From Trichosphaerium sp. ATCC 40318 (Eukaryota; Protista; Tubulinea): 64,000 nucleotides of DNA. The notes beneath the pieces were generated by a model, which did no database searches, was not told the DNA's origin, and was given only the letters and a program-made list of their open reading frames with translations. Positions within the stretch are counted from its first letter, which is position 1. Every line of letters starts with the position of its first letter. The position numbers and the translations under genes are program-made. Positions 52,260 to 62,164 of the stretch are shown here, piece after piece. Location of the stretch: the NCBI GenBank assembly GCA_038496445.1, contig JALMLS010000461.1:242769-306768 (forward strand). Direction: 5' to 3'.

Positions 52260-53987
52260 ATGGCGTACCTCGCGTTATTCTTCGTTGTAGGCTGTATACT
52301 TAGCTTTCCTACTTATACAGGCGCACAACCAAGTCCACCGCAACCCCCAGAGCCGCCAACACCTTCAAACACAACGATTGCTCCATCACAACCTACAACA
52401 GCGTCACCTACGACAGAATCGCCTTCTGAAGCGCCTAGTGATGCCCCAACGACGTTACAACCAACGACAGCGTCACCAACGACTGTATCTCCAACATCAG
52501 CGCCACCAACGCAAATGCCATCAACTCTACCACCAGTAACATCCCCACCTATGACGTTGTCTCCCACAACGTTACCACCAACGGAAGAGCCAACTGTAGC
52601 ACCAACAGATCCTTCATCAGTAACAACACAAACGCTGAAGACAAAGGAGAGGTTTATCTTTACGAGAAACGTGCTGCCAGAAGTTATACGTGTTTCAGAT
52701 ATTTTATCGAACGGACACATTGTTATTTTGACGTCTGCCCAATGTAGCGTTTTTAGTATAGAAGGAACACTATCACTTGTTGCTCAGAATCACTTACAAA
52801 TACTAAAGAATTACACAGGCGCCGTACCTGTTCGTATGGTGGCTTTAGCGTCTTCAAGGTTTCTTGTGTTTTTTAACTATCCTGGAGTTTTACAAGTTTT
52901 TGATGGAAATTGTAACCCATTGACACCTCCTACTTTAATTGAGGAAGACGGTACTTCCGTACAAACAGCACCTAATCTACAGCTTGGTATACAGTATAAT
53001 GGTAACGTTATAGTTCCTTTTGAGAAAGTTGTCGGACAAGATAAAAATAGCGAACAGGTTTTTTTTAAGATATTTAATGGTTTGACACTTAACAGCATTA
53101 CTGAGTCGATTCAAATTGGCGATGACGGTGATAACGAACTCAATACAGATGCTCATATAATAACACAGACTGATGATAGTTTCGTTATAGCATGGAATTG
53201 GAGAAACAAGACAGTAGAGGCTGAAAATCCTTCAAGAGTTAAATTCTCCGTTTTTAACAAAAACGGACAAGAAATTATTCACAGACAATTGACGGCTTAC
53301 AGCGAAACATCACCTGCCCTCGCTTTGACCCAAACAGGTTTTATGGTAGGCGAGATTAATGGAGAAGACTTGTTAGTTCTTAGATACTTCTCAAGCAAAG
53401 GAGAAGAGGACACTGCGGTTCCTGTTGTTGAACTAAAAATGTCACCTGCTTTCGGAAATCAAAAGGTTTTATCAACTCGCATCAGTGATGTATTGACATT
53501 ATTCTACTATAAAGCTACAGGCTTTGATCATTATAACGGATACTTAGTATCAGATTACGGAAGTAAGTCTCCTGAAATCGAGAAGATAATGGAAGGAGAT
53601 TTTGATGAAGATGGACAAACAATACATCAAAAGTTTCGTAAAATATTCTCGATTTATGGACATGCACCTGGAAACAATGTTTTGGACGTCTTGTCAGTTG
53701 AATCCCTTTCAACCGCACCATCTGCCTTCTCTGTGGTCAATGTTACTCTCGCCCCAACATCAGTACCTAGTCAAATTCCTAGAATACCTACAGCTCAAGC
53801 TCCTTCAAGAAGCAAAGCACTTACAATTGCTTGGGGAGTTATTGGTGTTATTTCAGTATTGGCTTTTATTGCCGCTGTTCTGGCCTTTGTTAGTTATTTA
53901 GTATACAAGAAATTTGGTAATCGTCAAGAAAGAATATACGTTTCAGCTCTTGGTGGTAACGAAGAATTACAAGACAGATTACTTTAA
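52260..53987 (+). CDS. Type I membrane glycoprotein with PT-rich mucin stalk, intronless
   Basis: Signal peptide, (PTTxS)n repeats, beta-rich ectodomain, TM helix IAWGVIG...LVY, short tail ending DRLL. Confidence 0.85.
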   Translation: MAYLALFFVVGCILSFPTYTGAQPSPPQPPEPPTPSNTTIAPSQPTTASPTTESPSEAPSDAPTTLQPTTASPTTVSPTSAPPTQMPSTLPPVTSPPMTLSPTTLPPTEEPTVAPTDPSSVTTQTLKTKERFIFTRNVLPEVIRVSDILSNGHIVILTSAQCSVFSIEGTLSLVAQNHLQILKNYTGAVPVRMVALASSRFLVFFNYPGVLQVFDGNCNPLTPPTLIEEDGTSVQTAPNLQLGIQYNGNVIVPFEKVVGQDKNSEQVFFKIFNGLTLNSITESIQIGDDGDNELNTDAHIITQTDDSFVIAWNWRNKTVEAENPSRVKFSVFNKNGQEIIHRQLTAYSETSPALALTQTGFMVGEINGEDLLVLRYFSSKGEEDTAVPVVELKMSPAFGNQKVLSTRISDVLTLFYYKATGFDHYNGYLVSDYGSKSPEIEKIMEGDFDEDGQTIHQKFRKIFSIYGHAPGNNVLDVLSVESLSTAPSAFSVVNVTLAPTSVPSQIPRIPTAQAPSRSKALTIAWGVIGVISVLAFIAAVLAFVSYLVYKKFGNRQERIYVSALGGNEELQDRLL

Positions 53988-54273
53988 AAACAAGAAGTTC
54001 AAAAAAAAAAACCAAGAATAAACAAAATTAACTGCTGCTGATAACAGTTTTGCCTGTACCCGTCTTTAGTCTGATTAAAACCATACGATTGTAAGCATTA
54101 TACAATGGATCCTTGATCATTGTTTAAAAGATACTGTGGAACACTTGTTGCTATTTACTTGCTTGTTCTGCTTGCTTATAGTTTAGTACGACGTAAAAGT
54201 TGGCCAAGAATAAAGAGAGAAATGCAAGGCGGAAATTCGCCACATCGAAGTTTATTAGGTCAGGTAAATTCAT

Positions 54274-54961
54274 CTAATTTACGAGGTCATAAAGGTGGTC
54301 CTGAATTCTATGTTTGTTTTTTAGCATGAACTGACGATGCTTCACAATTTTTAGAGTTGTTTCGTTTGATATCTTACCCCACTCTGGCAGTATCTTAGAA
54401 AGGTTTCTACTGGCCCACTTAATGTATCGTTCGTCGATATCATAGCTTATGATTTCCAGAACAACAAGGAATTCTACAAAAGCAGTGAGTTTAAAAAAAA
54501 AACCCAAGGTGTGCAAATACCTATTTTTGGTGAGCTTGCTCGAATATAAGCCATCAGTACTTCCTCCATTTCCTTCATTTGATACTCGTGAACAAGTGGA
54601 AGTATTGAAACAACTAGATCATCGGTTACGGTTGTCCAGGGAGGATTCATCGCTGCTATCAAAGCATGAACATTTTTATATTTTTTCTCCTAATGTATGA
54701 ATGAATCAAAATTCGTTTTTTAACAACAACCTAAGGCCTTAAAAAACGTACCTTGAGCGTTATTTTCTTCGTTGTTCCCTCCTTCATTTCAGAAGATAAC
54801 ATGGCTCTAAACACTGGAGATGATTCAATCAATAACGATGATAGACCAAAAATGCTTTTTCCACCTACACAAATCTCTACAGGATAAGGAACTACAAAAT
54901 CTCTGAGAGAACACGGTAGGGGTGTGGTAGTAGTAGATGAACTGTCTTCAGCTGTGGCCAT
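54274..54961 (-). CDS. BTB/POZ domain protein
   Basis: LLIESSPVFRAMLSSEMKEGTTKKITLK, ILPLVHEYQM; 3 exons. Confidence 0.78.
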
Positions 54962-55363
54962 GATAATACAATTTCGGTAATAATCGATTTATAAAAAGGG
55001 TCAGTTCCGAGCAAAGGAACTGGACTTAAATAACGTGCAGAATGGAATTGACTACTTATTAGGTGAGAAATTTTCTCTGGAGATCGTCTCAAATTACAAG
55101 ACTAAATTCAAGTTACCAGTCTTTTGTGTTTACATTGAATACAGACCTGTATTTTTTAAAAAGTCCAGTATCTGGTGCTCGGAACTGCCCTCCAACTTTC
55201 TATTCGAACAAACTGGCAAAAATCTCAATTTATTAAACATAGAGAGTGTCAAGTATAGGGCTCCCCACCAACCTTCTAAAAGAGAGCGTAGAATGCCGTT
55301 AGTCTTTGGCTCAGTATCTTAGTAATGTCATAACCGAGACAACAATGCCAACAACTGACAGTT

Positions 55364-55993
55364 TTAAATGATTTCGCCATAATGCTCATGCCACATTTTT
55401 TTGATATCTCCTTTATCATACGCAATCAACTTCACTACTCTTCCATCCTTAGCGAACTCTTTAGATTCTCCATCCGGCTTATCATCATCATACATAACAC
55501 GTGTTCTTACTCCACCAGTAGTAAAATAAGTAGTTTGTACACCTTTCTTTTTACCGAGGTTGTAAAAACACTCAAAACGCAATTGACCCGTGTTATGCCA
55601 CATTCTCCATTCACCGTGCTTTTTACCCTTTTTATAGCTGAAACTAAGACGTATCTGTCCATTATCATACCATTTAGAGTATGTACCGTCCTGTAGACCA
55701 TTTTTATAGCTAGTTTCAGATAAAATAGTGCCTTCCTTATTGTACGACTTGAAACATCCGTTTTTCAGACCGTTTGTAAAGTTACCCTTCTCGCGCCTGT
55801 AAACACCATGTTCTGTGACAGATTTAACGATTTCGCCATGTTTTTGATATTTCTCGTTAAAATGCGTTGAAAAAGCAGTTTGACGGCATAGTAGAGGCCA
55901 TTTAACGTATATTTTAAAGTCGTAGTCAAACATCATGTGGTATATCTCCATTGGTAATATTAAAGCAGCTGGTGCGTTCGTTTGCGTGGACAT
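55364..55993 (-). CDS. MORN-variant (MORN_2/YwqK-like) repeat protein with F-box-like N-terminus, intronless
   Basis: LPMEIYHMMF followed by YKNGLQDGTYSKWYDNGQI-type repeats. Confidence 0.85.
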   Translation of the reverse strand: MSTQTNAPAALILPMEIYHMMFDYDFKIYVKWPLLCRQTAFSTHFNEKYQKHGEIVKSVTEHGVYRREKGNFTNGLKNGCFKSYNKEGTILSETSYKNGLQDGTYSKWYDNGQIRLSFSYKKGKKHGEWRMWHNTGQLRFECFYNLGKKKGVQTTYFTTGGVRTRVMYDDDKPDGESKEFAKDGRVVKLIAYDKGDIKKMWHEHYGEII

Positions 55994-56163
55994 AACGTTA
56001 CGCTTGGTTTATTCTATTAAAATGGAGGAGGACAAGTCAGAGCACTAACTTAACCATTCTGCTAATTTTAGTAAAACCTCACTCAATACAATCATATCAT
56101 TTGGTGGAACTGCACATCAAGCTCACAGCTGAGAAGTTTATTATGTTCTTTTCCATATTGTAC

Positions 56164-57353
56164 TTACAAACCAAGACTCGCTATGAAGACAAGGCACACC
56201 AGAGTGCTGGACAAGATCAACTTTCTTGCCGATGATCGGCTTTTTGTTGGGGCAATAGTAGGTTGTGTTGGAGGTAGAGGTGTTAAAACAATCCCTGTAG
56301 GAGCTATGGTTGAGGGAGACAGAGTGGTTGGAGGCAGTGTGGTTGGAGGCAGCGTGGTTGGTGGCAGTGTGGTTGGAGGCAGAGTGGTTGGAGGCAGCGT
56401 GGTTGGAGGCAGTGTGGTTGGTGACAGCGTGGTTGGCGGCAGTGTGGTTGGTGGCAGTGTGGTTGGTGGCAGTGTGGTTGGTGGCGGTGTAGGTGGTGAT
56501 GTAGTCGGTGGTAGTGTCGTCGGAGGTATTGTAGTTGGGAGTGGTGTTGTTGGCGGTGCTGTTGTTGGATTTGGCGTTGGCGGTACAGTTGTCGGTGGTG
56601 ATGTAGTCGGTGGTAGTGTTGTTGGTGGTAATGTAGTCGGTGGTGGTATGTATGAGAAAGCAACTGTAGTTGAACCAACAATCGTAGCTTGGGAAGGAAC
56701 CGTAAAGCTTAAAAAACAAAAATTAGCTAATTACTGTTTTCCAAAAATAGCTAGAAAATTAACTCACGTGAACGATGTAGAATTGAATGATATGTCAGTT
56801 GGGGGGGTAGTCATATTAGATGATAAAAAAGTAAACGCTAAAACCGTGTTAGCAGCTAATGAAGTCGAAATTTAGAAAACTTCCAAGAAAAAGTTCTTTT
56901 TTGAAAATGAACTTCAAATTAGTGTTGCAATGGAAATATAGCCTATGGTTGTACCTGTGACGACTGGTTGATCAAATACACAGGTCAAAACAATGTCACT
57001 TCCCGAAACCGTACTGGTTACAACTTGTATTGACAAAGTGAACCGCGTTAACTCAATATTAACTATATACGTTTCACTTGTTTCTGTGCTTATATATTCT
57101 GCAGCTGTATCACTCACGTTGAAGTTTGGGTTGTTTGGTTCCACTGAGTTTGATAGTAGATTAAATGTATTAGCTACAAACTCGCATGTGCCTGTATCCC
57201 CCACACCTGATCAATATTTAGTTTTTGCGGCTTGTAGTTGCAACAAGTTAATTGCTTTTCGTTTTCTCTGTTGTCAGCAAGCTGAATGTTTTACTTACTT
57301 ATTGAATATGCTATAGGGAGTAAGAAGCATATAAATACAAGGGCTTTAATCAT
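56164..57353 (-). CDS. Secreted, probably GPI-anchored surface protein with (PPTTL)n stalk
   Basis: Signal MIKALVFICFLLPIAYS. The last exon, in a frame absent from the ORF track, reads IPPPTTLPPTTL...RSSARKLILSSTLVCLVFIASLGL*. Confidence 0.75.
56322..56647 (-). repeat. 15-bp coding tandem repeat (PPTTL)
   Basis: GTGGTTGGHGGCAGY units on the + strand, about 20 copies. Confidence 0.95.
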
Positions 57354-57713
57354 AATGAAGGTTGTGATAAATAAACGTGAAGTAATTGAAAAAACTACAA
57401 AAAATATTCAGTATTTTTCTGTTGCAAACTACAAACATAATATCGTTCTCTAGCCACAGTACATGCGTTAAAGAAATAGTTTATTTACGCTACCAACCGC
57501 TTGTTTAAGTTCTGCAGGCAAAGATAGAGACTTAACACCTGAAATAAGCTCAGTTTTCACTAACTTCGAGGTAAGACAGACGTAGTTGTAACGTGCCTAT
57601 GAGTAGATATACTTACTGCCTCACCTTTAACATTACTAGACACTTCATTTAGAGGTAATTGAGAACAATAGTTGTTTTGAGGGACTCAAATTATTTATTG
57701 TTTTTCAGCAGTT

Positions 57714-60700
57714 TCATCTGTTTTTAGCAATCTGAATATCATTCTTAACATTCGTTAAGAGTCCATTCCAATCCAATGTTCTAGTACGTGCTAGAAGCTG
57801 TGGGCGATATTGAGATGTTGAAGATGCAGCATATCCTTCCCAACTCCTTTACAAAGAAAAAAAAAGTCACAAAAATGAGCACGTGGATGTTGAGAAAAAG
57901 CTTACTTTGCTGCGCTTTCCAAAAGATTGACAGCTTGAGATTTAGCAGTGCTGTTTTTAGTCATCTAATTTTCTTGTGTTAGTCGCCTTCAGTAAAGATA
58001 AACAATAATGTTGTACGTCATAGAGATATAGTTGAACAGCTGCGGATATCTTATCCGCATAGTATCTACCAACAAATCCCATTGAAGCAATATCAGTAAT
58101 TGTTTCACTAAATCCAGGGTTAGTCGCAGATCAAAGGTTTTTATGCTTACTTTAATTCTTGATTATTGATTGGACTTAATTTAGAAGTAAGGGTAGTTAC
58201 AGCGCTTTCACAAGTTTCAGCAAATTCGTGTAAAGTCTTTGAGACTTCATCTATTCGAGAAGTTTAATAAGTTTGAATCTCGTGTTGTTTTTTTACCTGG
58301 TGTAGTCCCTGAAGGTTTCTTGTGGTTTATAATATCTGACACCTAGTACATGAATATATTTAGTACGGTAATATATTACCTACGATAATACGTAGTCATG
58401 GACATCAACAAGTCCAGAAGAATCCATTGTGGTACTCGAAATAAAATCATCTATTGAAATAGTTAGAGTGGTTGAGTTTTGCTTTCAAGTTATGTCGTTA
58501 ATTGTCGTGTACCAATATCACGGTATCCTCCTTTGACGTTCATACAACCCTTACATAAATTAAGTTTAAATGATAAGCATTAAGACTATTGCAAATAACA
58601 AACCTCAACAGCCCACTCAAAATCCCAGTCTTGCCAGTGGAACTTTGTAACAAGAGGAAATATCATCGATGAAGTTTGCCAAGCCTGTACAATAAGTCAT
58701 GAGATTAATATGTTACTCACATTTTAAAAAACAAGGAAAGATATCTCAAAGAACCAATAATAAAAGCACTGTTGTACAATCTCACAACGTGTTGTGAAAC
58801 CAAAACGAAAAAAAAAACAAGAACCTTTTGAAAATTTTTATAAACGTACCTTGTACAATACTTGTGTTAATCCCACCTGTTTAACTACTGGAAACTTTGA
58901 ATCCATTTCATCAGTCCAATAAGTTGACGTGGTATTTATATCATAGCCCATTTTTCCCCAGAGCATGAATTGGAACCTGGTTTATGTTTAGTTATTTTTT
59001 CGTGCGTTACTTTGTACCATTGTTTCTTAACTTCTAATTGTCTTGGACTCTGTGGGTGTAGAGAAGCGCATTCGCGTGCCCATATATATCCATCAGAACC
59101 AAGATCGAAGCCAGTCGTTTTCTCAATAGGTAGATGAAGTAGAAATTGTTTAACAAACTTAAGAAACAACTTATTAGTATTGAACCAAAAAAAGAACAAA
59201 AGATAAAAGGGTATCCCACTAATTTTAAAAATCATTGTGTATCACATTAATAGATATGTAAAGCGATGGGAGAAAGAGCTAATCAGAAACGTGGATTTCT
59301 TGTAATCAGAAAAAAATACGAAACAAAAAAAAATCAAAATAATCAAATGATTCAAAATCCGTTTGAAACTTACGTCAGGATCTCCCCATCTGTATACAAA
59401 TATACCATCATTACGAAGTGTCATCCATGTCTTGACTTTTGGATATTTATCCAACTCTGGCTTTAATTTTTCCTACAGAAACAAAATTAGAAGTCATCAT
59501 ACAAATAACTTTTCAGAACTCCGAAATTTGTTTTTTTCTTTGTTTCTTACGCCGTAAAATGGAGGTGCTACGGATGAGTATACATGTGCATCTGAGTACT
59601 TCATACTTACTGTAAGTGGATCAGGATACTTATCGGCAAAGTCCTAAGCAAGAGTAAGAGTCAATAACTCAGTTTTGTTTCAGTTTTTTTCTGTTTTGGC
59701 TTACAGTCATAATATTATCGACTCCTCCTTCCCAAACACGGTTCATCCAAGATACGGTTCTATCAGGTTGTACTTTCTAAATTAGCAAGGTTAAATAAAA
59801 CGTAATAATACAGAAGAAGCCTACCTTTGCATCTAAAATGCCTTCGCCGTATGTGTCCCAAATCCATTTCATTTTAGCATACTTATCTGTCCTAGCATGC
59901 ATGCGTTCTCCAGGTGTTGTACCTTATGAAGATTAGTGCAAAGTAGTACGAAAAAAAACGGTGTTGTTTCTTTGATTATGTTTGAAAACACAAGAGTACC
60001 CAAGCCATAAAGATCAGGGTAAGTCAGCAATAATTGCTTAACACTTGCTCTTAGATAAGCGATTGTTTTTTCGCTTGTTTGATTTGCAGTAATTCCGTAG
60101 TGTCCTTCCGCAGCGTTCATGATTACATTCCATGTAATGAAGTAAACTTTAACCTAAGAAAGATCGTTTAGTGTCACGTGATAACCATATGAATCGATTC
60201 TCAAATAAAACTTTTTGAATGGATTTAAGGATAGAACTTACTCCACGTTGTTTTGCGTAGCTCATAACGCTTTTCCAGAAAGTAATTTTCTCGGAGATAG
60301 ATATCTTCTTTATTGTCTTGAGGTTATCCAATACATAGTTTGATACACCTTGTGGTTCACCCCACAAACCTGATTTGAAATAAATAAACGAAGATTTGAG
60401 TTTCTCGAATTTTTTTTTAGGGTACCTTGTTTGTATGTTGGAGGAATCTTACACTGATCAATGTCATCTAGGGCAATGTCTGGATATTCATCTAGTTTTA
60501 CCAAAGAAGGGAAAGGATGCGGTTGCCAAATCATTAAAGTATTAAAACGGTAGAGAGCAATAGTGTCAAGGTATTCAGTCCAGAAAGTCATGTCCCACAT
60601 GGTCAAAATATTACTTTGAGCAGATAACCCTGTATCATCATACGAAGGTGTCCTGGCATCTTTCGTTCATATCAATGATTAATATTACTTAATGTTTAGT

Positions 60701-61375
60701 AACATACCCAGAGGTGCATTAAATTTGAGTCCTCGATTTTCCAGGTAAGGGTTGACAACTTTTGAAGAAACCTAGCCATTCGAGTAAAAGTGTGGACCAA
60801 GTATGCTAAGTACGTACAGATTTCAGGTTTCCTTTGTGTCTGATTTGATCTGAGATATCGAACAGGCCGTACATACAACCTACGACGTCAATGCACTCAA
60901 CTGTCTAAACACAACAACTGTTAATCTTTTGGGAAGACGGTTTTTTTTTTTCAAAGATAAAGAAATAACGCACAACCACATGACCCGAGGTATTAATTCT
61001 AAAACCTTCCGATTTCAAACCTGTTGGGTTTTCTTTACACTTGATTCCATCTTTTTCTGGTGTACACGTGATACGAATCGACAAAAACGTTGACGAAAAA
61101 TCGTTTGAGGGGTTTTTACTAACTTGGACGCCATACAATGACGTAGCCCTCTCTAAAACTTCGACGCCATACGTTAATTGTGGAACCACTTCATAAGTTA
61201 CAGATAGAGAAGCCTAAATCGCTATTAACGATAGAAAGAGACGAGTTTTTCTTTTGGTTGTTATGGTTTTATTTTTCAAATGATATTTCAACTGATATTT
61301 CCGATTTACCTTTACTTCAGCGTGTACCGTCGCTACAACGAAAAAAATTAGAATGTAATGATACTTGGCCAACAT
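57714..61375 (-). CDS. Secreted glycoside-hydrolase-like protein (GH20/67/115-type N-terminal fold, bacterial-type family), ~22 exons
   Basis: Signal peptide, GLKSEGFRI, GCMYGL, RGLKFNAPL-DARTPSYDDTG, FWTEYLD, HPFPSLVK, LRNDGIFVYRWGDP, GSDGYIWARE. Confidence 0.82.
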
Positions 61376-61887
61376 TTAACGGTTGGGATGTGTTATCACT
61401 TTTGAACCTAACTTAAGTATCGTGAAGTCAACTAGACAACTAGTTGTCCTATGTACACTCGTTCACGCAATTACTGGTGCAATGGCTCTTAAACTGGACG
61501 CTTATGTTGTTATATTCTTGGCTGAGTACAACTGTTTTAGGTGTTGGTGTGGGTATCGATTAAAAAAAGCAAGTTTCTTTCACTAATATATTTAAACTAA
61601 TCACGTGGTAAGAGACGTTACGGATACTGTTTTGCTATAACATCCCTGTACAAGCACTATTGGTGTTGTATTTAGAAACAATAAAGGGCTGAATGGACAA
61701 TATAATTGCTAGCAACTGGTTGTGCTACCAAATCTACAATGAACAAATTCCAAAGTTAGGTTGAGCAAAGGAAAACTGAATAGTTGCATAACTGCTTAAC
61801 TTAACAAAGCACAACGCCAAGAGTAGCTTCACAGTCGAAAATCTAGTTACAGTACTAGAGACTGTTTTTGATCCGAAAGGCGTTAAA

Positions 61888-62161
61888 ATGGATAAATTAC
61901 CTCCAGAAGTACTTCAACAGGTAACTAACGCTAGTTTGTACAAATTTATAACTTGTAAAGGTGTTTAAAGGCATTGAACCTCATATTCTTATATCGAGTT
62001 GCTCAGTACGTTTCTACGTGATTAAGGCTAGCGCATTACAAATAACAAGGTTTTAATCGATACCCAAAACACCTGCAAAGAGTGGAACACGCTTAGAATT
62101 TCAGCTCCATCGACGTGGAAAAAACCGCTAGTAACGTATCACTGTCTTTCTTTCGAAAAAG
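61888..62161 (+). CDS. 5' exons of an F-box gene, followed by a transposon insertion
   Basis: MDKLPPEVLQQ|VFKGI...TCKEWN...W, ending at donor GTAAGC. Confidence 0.55.
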
Positions 62162-62164
62162 GTA

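Noticed and set aside
56183-56875. 230-aa (VVGGS)n ORF and the overlapping NHTA and QPHC ORFs
   Set aside because: Antisense or off-frame shadows of the PPTTL repeat exon.
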